This document shows, in pieces, positions 44,412 through 54,509 of a DNA stretch of 64,000 bases. Under the pieces are notes generated by a model. The model saw only the letters and a list, made by a program, of their open reading frames with translations. It was not told where the DNA came from and searched no databases. Source of the stretch: Candidatus Eiseniibacteriota bacterium (GTDB taxonomy: Bacteria; Eisenbacteria; RBG-16-71-46; CAIMUX01; VGJL01). The position numbers and the translations under genes were made by a program. Position 1 is the first letter of the stretch. Every line of letters starts with the position of its first letter. The stretch covers positions 160,001 to 224,000 of the forward strand of contig JBHGAY010000001.1 of assembly GCA_041946735.1 (NCBI GenBank), written 5' to 3'.

Positions 44412-46274
44412 CTACCCCTCGCTCGATGACGAGGTTCCATGATCTTGCCGCCGGACGTCGCGGGCATCGCGCGTGTCGCGAGTTTCGCGAGCGCCGCCCG
44501 TTTCGCGAGCGCCGCGGGCATCGCGGACGCCGCCAAGATCGCGGCCCTCGCCCCCGCGGGCGCGGTCCGTCTCGTCGGGCGAGATCCGGAGGCGATCGAA
44601 GAGCATCGCGATTTCCTGCGAGCGCACCTCCGCCAGGTCGCCACGCGGATGCTCCGCGAACGCGCCCGGCCCTTCCCCGGCGATCCTCTTCGCGACGGCG
44701 TCGACCAGATCCGGAAGCCGGCTGGGACCCCTCTCGCGAGCGAGGAGGTGCGCGAGCGCCGTGGCGAGCGTTCGCGCCTGCGAAGGATGCACCAGCGCGC
44801 CGCTCGACGACAGGTCGATCTCGCTCGTCCCTACGCGCACGCGCCGCAGGCCGGTCGCGCGAACGCGCGGGTCGCGCGCTCGCAGACGATCCAGCGGCAG
44901 ATCCCTCCGCGGCTCGGGCCACGTCGCGCGCGGCGGCTCGACCCCGGGCCCCATCTCCCGCCGGATCTCGACCATGCGCCGCGTCTCATCGACGGGACGG
45001 TACGCGTCCATCACGACGACCCGATCCGCCGCCCGAAACGCCTCCCCGCTCCCCCCGACCACCAGGACGGTGGAGATCCCTAGATCCGTGTACATCTCCC
45101 GCAGCCGCGAGAGCAGAGGGACGATCGGCTCTTGCTCGGGCCGGAGGAGCCTCGCCATCCACGGGTCGCGCAGGAGGAAGTTCGTCGCCGAGGTGTCCTC
45201 GTCGATCAGGAGACAGCGGCATCCTGCCGCGATCGCCTCGACGATCGAGGCGGCCTGCGAGGTCGCGCCGCTTGCGTTCGCCGTCGTGAAGCGACGGACG
45301 TCGCGCCCGCCGGGCAGGTTGCGCAGGAACGGGGACAGATCGACGCCATGGACCGACCGGCCATCCTCCGCCCGGATCATCATCGCGGTCGGGTCGGTCG
45401 CCACGCGCTCGCGCCCGTCTCCGGGCACGTGCGGCCAGACGGCGGCCGCGAGGGACCGCAGCACGGTCGACTTTCCGTGAAAGCCGCCGCCGGAGAGGAG
45501 CGTGATGCCGCGCGGGATCGCGAGGCCGCGCAGCCGGCCCGCATGCGGGAGCGCGACCTCCCCCGCGAGCGAATCCGGCGCCTCGAGGGGAAGATTCCCC
45601 TCCTCGAGCGGGACGTCCTCTTCGCCGGAGCGGCGGGCGAGGCGCGAGCCGTCGGCGAGGAACGCGACCCACCCGTGTCGGGCAAGCAGCGACTGCAGCG
45701 CCGCGTGGTCCTCGGCGGCGGCGCGGTGGCGAGCGAGAAGCGCCGCGTCCCAGGATCCCTCGAAGAGCGTCTCGCGAATCATGCGCGGGATCCCGATCGC
45801 AAGCGCCGCCGCCGCCCGCCGCCCCTCGATCCGCCTTCCCCGCGCGGGAAGCGAAGCTTCGAGGAGAAGTTCGATCCTGTCCTCCGCGAGGCGCAGCGCC
45901 GTGCGACGCAGGATCTGCTGCGAGGGAGGATCGATGCCGACGATCGAGCCGATCTCTTCGCGCTCGCGCAACCAGGCGTGAAGGCGCCGCGCGAGAAAGT
46001 CCTCGATCGCCGTCGTTCCCTCCGGTCCCGCTCCGGCCAACGGCAGCCCGGCGAGGGCGAGCGGGACCGTGACGCGCAGGATCGAGGGAGGCGCGAACGG
46101 GTCGGGCTGGACGTGCAGGATCTCGAGCACGACCCCGCCAGGGGACAGGTCATGCAGGCCGCGCAGGTCGCGGTAGGCGGGATAGGGAGCCCCTTCCCGT
46201 TCCCGAAGCCGCTCCTCCAGACCGCCTGCGCTGCCGGCCGGTGTCCTCCTCCGGTCGCGCGACCCTTGCTGCAA
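44412..46274 (-). CDS. ABC-class ATPase of unknown function (standalone, no TM domains; ABC_ATPase/MRB1590-like)
   Basis: HVQPDPFAPPS, GGGFHGKST (Walker A), RAEDGRSV, ASGATSQAA, LIDEDTSATNF (Walker B); TTG start after GGAGG. Confidence 0.85.
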   Translation of the reverse strand: MQQGSRDRRRTPAGSAGGLEERLREREGAPYPAYRDLRGLHDLSPGGVVLEILHVQPDPFAPPSILRVTVPLALAGLPLAGAGPEGTTAIEDFLARRLHAWLREREEIGSIVGIDPPSQQILRRTALRLAEDRIELLLEASLPARGRRIEGRRAAAALAIGIPRMIRETLFEGSWDAALLARHRAAAEDHAALQSLLARHGWVAFLADGSRLARRSGEEDVPLEEGNLPLEAPDSLAGEVALPHAGRLRGLAIPRGITLLSGGGFHGKSTVLRSLAAAVWPHVPGDGRERVATDPTAMMIRAEDGRSVHGVDLSPFLRNLPGGRDVRRFTTANASGATSQAASIVEAIAAGCRCLLIDEDTSATNFLLRDPWMARLLRPEQEPIVPLLSRLREMYTDLGISTVLVVGGSGEAFRAADRVVVMDAYRPVDETRRMVEIRREMGPGVEPPRATWPEPRRDLPLDRLRARDPRVRATGLRRVRVGTSEIDLSSSGALVHPSQARTLATALAHLLARERGPSRLPDLVDAVAKRIAGEGPGAFAEHPRGDLAEVRSQEIAMLFDRLRISPDETDRARGGEGRDLGGVRDARGARETGGARETRDTRDARDVRRQDHGTSSSSEG

Positions 46275-46538
46275 GATGCGATCCTCCCTGGTCCTGCCGC
46301 GGATTCTCCGATAGGGCGGCCGGCAAGTCCAATGCGGAACGAGAATTCGACCAGCGGCCGGGATCGCGCTCCTCCGTTCCGGCGCATTCGGCTGGCACCG
46401 CGCGGCCGGCGCTCCGGGTTCGAGCCGCTTGGTCGGTCCGCAGAGAATCGGTACACTCATCTCGATGCTTTTCAGCCCTGGCGCCGGTGGAGGCCCCCCG
46501 GCGCCCTCGCACACCCGCCTACCGTCTTGGAGGAGATC

Positions 46539-48836
46539 ATGGCGAAACCACGCCTGAGGGTGGCCCTCTTCGCACTGTCCACCCTGCTGCTCGCCGGCAG
46601 CGCGCTGGCCCTCCACGCTCCCGAGTTCTCGGGACCGCGCCCAGGACCGCACGCCTCGGAGATCTCGGCCGCGACCGACCCGCTGGACGCGGTCCCGAAC
46701 GGACTCGTCAACCGGACCAGCGGCGTCCTCGCTTCCCTCGTCAATCTGCACGACGGCCCCTTCCCCGGGACTCCCGAGCAGGCCGCCCGGGCGTTCCTCG
46801 CCCAGCGCGCCGGCGACTTCGGCCTCTCGCGCTCGGGAGACGACCTCGCCGTCGACGCGGTCCAGCAATCCCCCGGCAACGTCCATGTCCGGATGCACCA
46901 GACCGTCGGCGGGGTCCCGGTCCTCGGCGCCGACGTCGTGGTGACGCTCGATGCGGCGGGCCGGATCGTCGAAGCCGTCTACTCCGCATACGACCCGATC
47001 CTCGCGCACAGCGCGGTGCCGTCGGTCGCCTCGATTCCCGCCTCGCGGGCGCGCGAGGCGGCGGTGAACGCCGTCGGCGTCACTCCCGACACCCGGTGGA
47101 TCGGCGAGATTTCCGAGTCGCTCTGGGTGATCCGGGACGAGCCGCGCGTCGGCAGTCCGGCGCACCTCGCCTTTCGGGTCTCCGTCCCGGTCGAGACGCC
47201 GATGGGCGACTGGGTCGTCGACGTCGACGCGCTTTCCGGTTCCGTCCTCAGGGTGTACGACCAGGCGTTCTACACCGACGGCAGCGGCATGTCGTTCGAT
47301 CCCGATCCGATCACGACGGCCGAGGTCGTCTACGGTGGCAACTACTCCGACAACAACGACCAGGACAACGCGTACCTGAGCGCAGAGCGTTTCCCCCGCT
47401 CCCTGCGCGACATCACCCTGATCAGCGGGATGTGGAATCTTCGCGGTCCCTGGGTCTACCTGGAAGACTTCGAATCGCCGGTGAGCCCGCCGGTCACCAA
47501 TGCCGATCCGAACGCCTTCAACTACTCGCGCTTCGACCAGGGGTTCGAGGACGTGATGGCCTACTTCGGGATCGACCAGAGCCAGCGCTACATCCAGTCG
47601 CTCGGCTACAACAACATCCAGCACGGTCCGATCCACGTCGATCCGCATGGCCTCAGCGGGGCGGACAACAGCCACTACATCCCCAGCTCGAACAAGATCG
47701 CATGGGGAGAGGGAGGCGTCGACGACGCGGAGGACATGGACGTGCTGCTCCACGAGTACGGCCATGCGCTGCAGAACAGCATGGTTCCCGGCTGGGGCGG
47801 GAGCGTCCAGGCCAGGTCGATGGGCGAAGGGTTCGGCGACTACTGGGCGGGAAGCTACTCGCAGAGCATCTCCGACTTCCGCTCCGAGTGGGTCTTCAAC
47901 TGGGACGGTCACAACACGTTCTGGGGCGGCCGCGCGCTCAACTCGACGCTCACCTACCAGAACATCAACGGCGACATCTACCACGACGGCTCGATCTGGG
48001 CGGCCGTGCTCTGGTTGATTCGGAGCGAGGTCGGCCGGAAGGTCTCGGACGACGACGTTCTGAAGCTGCATTTCGGCCTCGGAACCGGCCCGACGATGGC
48101 ACAGGCGGCCGCGAGCATGATGCAGGCCGACAAGACGCTCTACGGCGGCCTCCACGCGGGGAGCATCGACTTCTGGATGGTCCAGCGGCGCTTCTTCACC
48201 GAGGGCCAGTACGACGTTCCGTCGCTGACCCACGTTCCGATCCCGGATCAGAACGTCGCCGGACCGTACCCGCTCACCGTGACGATCGCCTCGGGGAGCC
48301 CGATCGTCGACGGCAGCGTCAAGGTCAAGTTCGGAACCGGGACGGCATTCGATCAGGAAGCGGTCCTCGCTCCGACGGGAAACCCGAACGAGTGGGGCGG
48401 CGCGATTCCCAACCAGGGCGGGAACGTGGACATCCGCTACTACTTGATCGCCGACAACACAGCCACCTGGCGCGGTGCCAGCCCGCGCGGCGCCGAGAAC
48501 CTCTACTACCAGTTCCACGTCGGACCGCTCGTCTCGGTCGAGGAGCTGCAGCCGGGCGCGACGCTCGCCCTCTACCGGCCGAGCCCCAACCCCTGCAGCC
48601 CGATGACCAGCCTGCGCTTCGACCTTCCGCAGGCCGGAAATGCCCGCTTCGCGATCCATGACCTGCAGGGCAGGACGATCCGCACCCTCGCCGACGGCGC
48701 CTTGGTCGCCGGCCGCCACACCTACTCGTGGGACGGACGCGATCAGGGCGGCCATCCGTTGCCGGCCGGCCTGTACTTCGTCCGCCTCGAGGCCGAGGGC
48801 CGCACGATGACGGAGAAGGTGCTCTTGACGAAGTAG
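46539..48836 (+). CDS. Secreted zinc metallopeptidase (M36/M4-like, FTP propeptide) with C-terminal FlgD-Ig/T9SS-CTD-like domain
   Basis: Signal peptide; FTP-like QTVGGVPVLGA; HEYGH and MGEGFGDY; C-terminus PNP..RFDL..IHDLQGR..WDGRD..GLYFVRL..KVLLTK; RBS GGAGG. Confidence 0.88.
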   Translation: MAKPRLRVALFALSTLLLAGSALALHAPEFSGPRPGPHASEISAATDPLDAVPNGLVNRTSGVLASLVNLHDGPFPGTPEQAARAFLAQRAGDFGLSRSGDDLAVDAVQQSPGNVHVRMHQTVGGVPVLGADVVVTLDAAGRIVEAVYSAYDPILAHSAVPSVASIPASRAREAAVNAVGVTPDTRWIGEISESLWVIRDEPRVGSPAHLAFRVSVPVETPMGDWVVDVDALSGSVLRVYDQAFYTDGSGMSFDPDPITTAEVVYGGNYSDNNDQDNAYLSAERFPRSLRDITLISGMWNLRGPWVYLEDFESPVSPPVTNADPNAFNYSRFDQGFEDVMAYFGIDQSQRYIQSLGYNNIQHGPIHVDPHGLSGADNSHYIPSSNKIAWGEGGVDDAEDMDVLLHEYGHALQNSMVPGWGGSVQARSMGEGFGDYWAGSYSQSISDFRSEWVFNWDGHNTFWGGRALNSTLTYQNINGDIYHDGSIWAAVLWLIRSEVGRKVSDDDVLKLHFGLGTGPTMAQAAASMMQADKTLYGGLHAGSIDFWMVQRRFFTEGQYDVPSLTHVPIPDQNVAGPYPLTVTIASGSPIVDGSVKVKFGTGTAFDQEAVLAPTGNPNEWGGAIPNQGGNVDIRYYLIADNTATWRGASPRGAENLYYQFHVGPLVSVEELQPGATLALYRPSPNPCSPMTSLRFDLPQAGNARFAIHDLQGRTIRTLADGALVAGRHTYSWDGRDQGGHPLPAGLYFVRLEAEGRTMTEKVLLTK

Positions 48837-48905
48837 GAGAACGGAAGGGCCGGGCGTCGCCGCTGCGTGAGCGTGCGGCGCGCGTGTCTCTCGATCCGAC
48901 ATCAT

Positions 48906-48933
48906 GAGGGCCGGGGATCGCTCCCCGGCCCTC
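48906..48933. terminator. Hairpin between convergent genes
   Basis: Perfect 12-bp stem gagggccgggga-tcgc-tccccggccctc. Confidence 0.65.
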
Positions 48934-48971
48934 TCTGCGTTTGCGTTCCGCCGGTGCGCGGGCGGCGGGCG

Positions 48972-51731
48972 CTAGAGCGAAAGCTCCACGTGGATCATCT
49001 TCCCATCCTCGCTCGCGCCGGTCTTGCGGAAGCCGAGCTGGCCGATGATCGCGAGCATCCCCTGGTTGTCGGACGAGAGGCTCGTCGTCAGCCTCTCGAG
49101 CCCCTCGTCGCGCGCGAAGTCCACGAGCCGGCGGACGATCTCCTTGCCGAGGCCCCAGCCCTGGTACGGATCGCCGACGAGGATGCTGAACCGTCCCTCC
49201 TCGGCGCCGCGCAGCTTGCTGAGGCGTCCGACCGCGAGGATCTTGCGCCCGTCGCTGTCCCGGTCCTCGACGACGAGCGCCATCTCGCGGTCGTAGTCGA
49301 GGAAGCAGATGCGGGACAGACGCTCGTGAGCGACTCGATGGGAGAGCAGAAGCGGGTTCATGTAGCGCAGCCGGACGCTCTTCTCCGACAGGACTTCGTG
49401 AAAATCGACCAGGAGCGTCTCGTCGTCGGGACGGATCGGCCGGATCACGACGCGCCTCCCGTTCTTCGTCGTCCACTCCTTCTCGTATTGGCTAGGGTAG
49501 GGCCGGATCGCCAAACGCGGCAGCTCGCTCTCCTTCTTCTCCGCCGGATGCAGGACGACGCGCGCGTCGAGCGCGAGAAGCCGCTCCGGCGAGGCGAGCA
49601 GCGGGTTGATGTCGATCTCCGCGATCCGGGGCTGCTCGGCCACCAGCTCGCTGAAGCGGACCATGAGCTGCTCGAGGCCGCCGAGATAGACCGGCCGGCG
49701 CCCGCGCACCCCTTTCAACGCCTTGAAGATGGAGGTCCGCTCCATCATTCGCCGGGCGAGCGTCGTCGTGAGAGGAGGAAGGCCCAGCGCGCGGTCCTTG
49801 AACACCTCGACGAGCTGCCCGCCCATTCCGAAGAGGAGGACCGGCCCGAACTGCGGATCGGGGCTCGAGCCGAGGATCAGCTCGTAGCCGTCGAGCTTGA
49901 CCATCGGCTGGACGGTCACCCCTTGGAAGTGCTCCGCGCCCGCCTTCGCCGTCACGGAGTCGCGGATCTCGCCGAAGGCTCGCCGCACCGCCGCTTCGTC
50001 GGAAAGCGAGAGCTTCACGCCTCCCACGTCCGTCTTGTGCGTGATCGTCTCGCTGTAGAGCTTCAGCACGGCCGGGTAGCCGATCTCTGCCGCCGTTCGG
50101 GCGGCTTCGTCCTCGGAGCGTGCGATCCTCGTCGTGACGGTCGGAATCCCGTAGGCGGCCAACAGCTCCTTCGACTCGTACTCGGTGAGGATCGTCCGTC
50201 CCGATGCGAGGACGGCCGCCAGGATCTCCTTCGCGCGGCCCCGATCGACCCCCTTGCTTCCACTGTCGATAGGCGCCGACGGCGTCTCGTAGAGCAGGCG
50301 GAGATTTTCCGCGTAGCGCCACATGTAGTTGAACATCCGCGCCGCGGTGTCCGGATAGGCGAGCGTCGGGATGTTCGCGCGGTTCAGGATCGCCTCGCCG
50401 GGAGCGACCTCGTCGCCTCCCATCCAGCTCGCGAGAAGCGGCTTGCCGGTCGACTGCGCGTACGGCTCGAGGTGCTCCGCGATCGCCGTCGGATCGGTCA
50501 TCGCCTGCGGCGTGAGGATCACGAGCATTCCGTCGGAGTTCGGATCCTTCGCGGCGATCTCGACCGCGCGCGCATAGCGCTCCGGGCTCGCGTCGCCGAG
50601 GATGTCGATCGGATTGTTGCGGCTCCATGCCGCGGGAAGGATCTCGCCATAGCGCTGGAACGCCTCGGGAGAGATGTTGCTCAGCTCGCCGCCCCCGGTC
50701 AGGAGAGCGTCGGTCGCTAGGACTCCCGGGCCGCCCGCGTTCGTCAGGATCGTCAGCTTGCGCCCGCGCGGCCGCGGCTGCTTCGCGAGCAGCTCCGCCA
50801 TGTGGAAGAGGTCGCTGATCTCGTCGACGCGCAGGACGCCCGATCGCCGGAACGCCGTCTCGAGGACCTCGTCGCTGCCGGTCATCGAGCCGGTATGCGA
50901 GGCGGCCGCCTTCGCCGCCCCCGCGGTCCGTCCCGGCTTGATGACGATGATCGGCTTGACGAGCGAGACCTCGCGGGCCGCCGACAGGAAGGACCGCGCG
51001 TCGCCGATCGTCTCCATGTAGATCACGATGCTCTGCGTGAGCGGATCGTCGCCGAGGTAATAGATCAGGTCGCCCCAGTTGACGTCGAGCATCGAGCCGA
51101 TCGACACGAACGCGCTGAATCCGACGTTCTCCTTGAAGCTCCAATCGAGGACGGCGGTGCAGAGCGCCCCGCTCTGGCTCAGGAAGCCGACGTTTCCGGG
51201 CCGCGCCATAGCGGTCGCGAACGTGGCGTTCAGCCCCGAATGCGTGTTCATCACGCCGAGGCAGTTCGGCCCGATGATGCGCATCCGGCCGCGCTTCGCC
51301 TCCTGAAGCACCTGCTGCTCCAGTTGCTGACCTTCCTCTCCGATCTCCTTGAATCCGGCCGAGATGACGATCGCGCCCCGCACCCCGTGCTGCACGCACT
51401 CGCGGATGATCCCAGGCACGGTCGTGGCAGGAGTGACGATGACGGCGAGATCGACCGGGTCAGGAACGTTGCGGATGCTCGGATACGCCTTGATCCCGAG
51501 AATCCCCGCCCGGTTCGGATTGATCGGATAGACCGTGCCGCCGAACGGGCTCGAGATGAGGTTCCAGAGGATCGTCCGGCCAACGGATCCTTCCTTCTCG
51601 GTAGCCCCGACGACAGCGACGCTCTTCGGCGCGAAGATCGCCTGCAACGCTTCCCGCCCGTAGTGCAGCACATCGTGCACCGGATCGAGAGGCGCAGCGA
51701 TCGAGCGAACTGCGGACTCTGTCTTCTCCAT
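48972..51731 (-). CDS. Bifunctional NDP-forming acyl-CoA synthetase family / GNAT acetyltransferase (Pat/PatZ-like)
   Basis: [37 protein letters not shown]-grasp [14 protein letters not shown]-terminal GNAT ([15 protein letters not shown]). Confidence 0.92.
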   Translation of the reverse strand: MEKTESAVRSIAAPLDPVHDVLHYGREALQAIFAPKSVAVVGATEKEGSVGRTILWNLISSPFGGTVYPINPNRAGILGIKAYPSIRNVPDPVDLAVIVTPATTVPGIIRECVQHGVRGAIVISAGFKEIGEEGQQLEQQVLQEAKRGRMRIIGPNCLGVMNTHSGLNATFATAMARPGNVGFLSQSGALCTAVLDWSFKENVGFSAFVSIGSMLDVNWGDLIYYLGDDPLTQSIVIYMETIGDARSFLSAAREVSLVKPIIVIKPGRTAGAAKAAASHTGSMTGSDEVLETAFRRSGVLRVDEISDLFHMAELLAKQPRPRGRKLTILTNAGGPGVLATDALLTGGGELSNISPEAFQRYGEILPAAWSRNNPIDILGDASPERYARAVEIAAKDPNSDGMLVILTPQAMTDPTAIAEHLEPYAQSTGKPLLASWMGGDEVAPGEAILNRANIPTLAYPDTAARMFNYMWRYAENLRLLYETPSAPIDSGSKGVDRGRAKEILAAVLASGRTILTEYESKELLAAYGIPTVTTRIARSEDEAARTAAEIGYPAVLKLYSETITHKTDVGGVKLSLSDEAAVRRAFGEIRDSVTAKAGAEHFQGVTVQPMVKLDGYELILGSSPDPQFGPVLLFGMGGQLVEVFKDRALGLPPLTTTLARRMMERTSIFKALKGVRGRRPVYLGGLEQLMVRFSELVAEQPRIAEIDINPLLASPERLLALDARVVLHPAEKKESELPRLAIRPYPSQYEKEWTTKNGRRVVIRPIRPDDETLLVDFHEVLSEKSVRLRYMNPLLLSHRVAHERLSRICFLDYDREMALVVEDRDSDGRKILAVGRLSKLRGAEEGRFSILVGDPYQGWGLGKEIVRRLVDFARDEGLERLTTSLSSDNQGMLAIIGQLGFRKTGASEDGKMIHVELSL

Positions 51732-51995
51732 GGAGCGCTCCTTCAGACACACGTACCCCATGATCGGCGAGGTATTCCGACGATCCGATGGATGGATCCG
51801 ACTGGAAATTGCGCGGGGGGCCCACGCCGATCCCCTTCCCCACACCGGCCCCACGGATGACTCTAGGAGAGCCGGCCGAGGATCACAACGAGCCACTGAA
51901 GCGAGGGTGCGTGGAGAGGCGGGGGCTGCGCGCGGCGTCGAGCCGTCGCCTCGAGAAGGACGGTCGATGCTCCGGCGCCGCGCCGTCTGCATCAG

Positions 51996-53393
51996 CTATT
52001 CCGGAAAGATGTTCCCCGGCGCGAAGATTCCTGCAGGATCGACGGAGCGTTTGAGGGCCCGCATTCCATCTATCACCCATTCGGGATACTGATACCGGAC
52101 GTACTCCCGCTTCACCTTCCCGACGCCGTGCTCGGCAGTCACCGTCCCTCCCCGCTCGATCGCAAGCAGCGCGAGGCGATGGGTCGCCGCACGGGCGCGC
52201 TCGAGCTCGGCGGGATCCGAGGCGAGCAGATTGAAGTGCGGATGCCCGTTGCCGACGTGCCCATAGCGGACGAAGGGGCCGCCGAAGGTTTCCCGTACGA
52301 TCCGCGTCGCTTCCTCCATCGTCGCCGGAAGTGCGTCGAGCGGAACGGCCCAGTCGGTCGAGAGCTTGCGGCCTCCTCCCGCGCGCGCCCGCGCGCCCCG
52401 CTCGTTCATCTCGGCGGGGAGCGCGTGCCGCAGACGACGCAGCTCGCTCTGCGGCTCGCTCGCCGTCGCGACGATCGTGTCGTCCGGGAGCGCGCCGGCA
52501 TGCGCTTCGAGCAGCCGGAACCATCCTTCCAGCGCCCGCTCCTCCTCGCCCGGGCCGCACTCCTGCTCGAAGTAGATCGCCGCGCGCGCGTCGTGCGGAA
52601 TCCGCAGCCGCCCGGCCTGAGGCCGGATCACGTCGAGCGAGCCGTCGTCGAACAGCTCGAGGCATCGAGGAGCGAGCGTGTGATCCCGGCGCGCGCGATC
52701 GGCGGCGAGCACGAAGGCGAGAGAGTCCTCGAGGGCGCGGAAGAACGCCAGCGCGCCGAAGTAGCCGGGCGGCGCGGGGATCAGGCGCAGTGTGACGCGC
52801 GTGACGATCCCGAGAGTGCCCTCGCTTCCGATCACGAGGTCGATCGGATCCTGGAAGCCGAAATAGCCGGTCGTGTTCTTCGTCGAGCGCCGCCGCGTCA
52901 GCTCATCGACGGAACCGTCGGCGCGGACCAGCCGCAGCGACACGACGTACGGGCGGGTGGGACCGTAGATGTAGGTGCGCGAGCCGCTGGCGTTCGCGAG
53001 CACGCTCCCGCCGACGGTGCATTCGTTCTCGCTCGTCGGATCGGGCGGGTAGAAGAGGCCGGTCCCGGCCAGCGATCGCTTGAAGTCGCCGAGGTTCGCC
53101 CCCGGTTCGACCACGGCGATCCGGCGCTCCGGATCGATCTCGAGCGTGGCCGCCATCCGTTCGAGACTGAGCGCGATCCCTCCCATCGCGAGCGGCGCGC
53201 CGGTCGTGCTCGACCGGAGCCCCTGCGCCGTGATCGGAACCTTGCGCGAGGCGGCCGCCCGAACGATCTCGACGACCTCGGCTTCGGTACGTGGCCGGGC
53301 GACCGCGTCCGGGACTCCGATCAAGCCCGAGGCGTCCTCCGAGTAGGCCCGACACGTCTCGGAATCGGTGGACCAGTGAGGATCGTCTTCCAT
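51996..53393 (-). CDS. FAD-binding oxidoreductase (D-lactate dehydrogenase/GlcD-like)
   Basis: YPPDPTS, TVGGSVLANASG, IGSEGTLG, GHVGNGHPH, AEHGVGKVK. Confidence 0.9.
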   Translation of the reverse strand: MEDDPHWSTDSETCRAYSEDASGLIGVPDAVARPRTEAEVVEIVRAAASRKVPITAQGLRSSTTGAPLAMGGIALSLERMAATLEIDPERRIAVVEPGANLGDFKRSLAGTGLFYPPDPTSENECTVGGSVLANASGSRTYIYGPTRPYVVSLRLVRADGSVDELTRRRSTKNTTGYFGFQDPIDLVIGSEGTLGIVTRVTLRLIPAPPGYFGALAFFRALEDSLAFVLAADRARRDHTLAPRCLELFDDGSLDVIRPQAGRLRIPHDARAAIYFEQECGPGEEERALEGWFRLLEAHAGALPDDTIVATASEPQSELRRLRHALPAEMNERGARARAGGGRKLSTDWAVPLDALPATMEEATRIVRETFGGPFVRYGHVGNGHPHFNLLASDPAELERARAATHRLALLAIERGGTVTAEHGVGKVKREYVRYQYPEWVIDGMRALKRSVDPAGIFAPGNIFPE

Positions 53394-53539
53394 TCCGCCT
53401 CCGTTGCTGCCGGCATCATAACGGAGAGGGACGGGGCAGGCACCGCCGGGCCGGCGGCCGGCGCGAGCGGCGAGCGGCAGGCCCGCGAGCCGCGACCGCG
53501 AAGAAGCGGCCGCGGAGAAGCGGCCGGAGCACCCATGAA

Positions 53540-53570
53540 GAAGCCCCGGGTCCAAAGGACCCGGGGCTTC
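53540..53570 (-). terminator. Intrinsic terminator of the 53596-54171 gene
   Basis: Perfect 14-bp stem GAAGCCCCGGGTCC-TTT-GGACCCGGGGCTTC followed by TTCAT on the minus strand. Confidence 0.75.
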
Positions 53571-53595
53571 GAACGGACGGAATCGAATCGGCTGA

Positions 53596-54171
53596 CTAGC
53601 GGAACATCGACCGGATCTGGCCCCACGAGTTGTCCTGGGTCGCGACGGCTTCGCCCGTCGTCGCCCAGATCGTGAGGTTGTTGTCCGTGAACGGAGTCGT
53701 GCACTGGCAGCTCGTCGACCAGTAGGTGTTGCCGTAGGGCGCGCTGTTGTAGTCCTCGCCCGTGACGGCCCAGAAGTCACCGATGGGGCAGAGCATGATG
53801 CAGGCATCGCCCGAGATGCTGACATCGTCGATGTCGAAGTCGTTCATCCCCTCGACCGGCTGCACCGTCGTCCGCGAAACCTCGACGCCGTTGTCGTAGA
53901 CCACGATGTCGAGCGATCCGGGAATGACGAGGAACTCGGTGTACCAGCCGACCGCAAGGATCGCGCCCGGAGCCTGGCACATGATGCCAAGCTGCTGGCC
54001 GAGTCCGAGAGTCCAACCTTGGCCAGGAGCGGTGTCGGTGTAGCCGTACTGGCAGGTGCCGTCACGCGGGCCCGACTCGAACTGCCCCGGGGGACCGTAC
54101 GACATCAGCGGCTCGGCGACCGCGGAGCTGGCCAGCAACGCGAGAACGGACAGAGTAACAAGGAGCTTCAT
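53596..54171 (-). CDS. Secreted Cys-containing hypothetical protein (191 aa) with C-terminal WG..R..FR tail
   Basis: Signal peptide MKLLVTLSVLALLASSAVA; 6 Cys; ends AVATQDNSWGQIRSMFR; RBS AAGGGAGG. Confidence 0.85.
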   Translation of the reverse strand: MKLLVTLSVLALLASSAVAEPLMSYGPPGQFESGPRDGTCQYGYTDTAPGQGWTLGLGQQLGIMCQAPGAILAVGWYTEFLVIPGSLDIVVYDNGVEVSRTTVQPVEGMNDFDIDDVSISGDACIMLCPIGDFWAVTGEDYNSAPYGNTYWSTSCQCTTPFTDNNLTIWATTGEAVATQDNSWGQIRSMFR

Positions 54172-54240
54172 GGGACCTCCCTTCCGAGTGATCGGGAATC
54201 GGCCGTTGACAGACCGAAACGGTCGCAATCGGACGAGGAG

Positions 54241-54270
54241 AGAATACGTCGAGATCGGGAGATGCGTCAA
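54241..54270 (-). promoter_or_regulatory. Putative sigma70-type promoter of the secreted protein gene
   Basis: TTGACG-N18-TATTCT, 70 nt upstream of the ATG. Confidence 0.6.
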
Positions 54271-54509
54271 GGAATAGTGAAGATGAACTGATGATCGGCA
54301 GAAGAAAATGTTTTCGGCAATCTCGGATCGAGTTGCACGCCGGCCAGGCAATTCCGGCGCTGCGGTCGCGGTCGATGGCGGAGCGCCTTCGACTGCCATT
54401 CGCGCGTCCGGTCATTCCGACAGGGGGCACTAGCCAATTGATCCAGCGAGCCTTGGACGTATCTCGCTTCGTGCGTCGCGCGAGTGCGCGCGTTGCCTGC
54501 GCTCGATCC

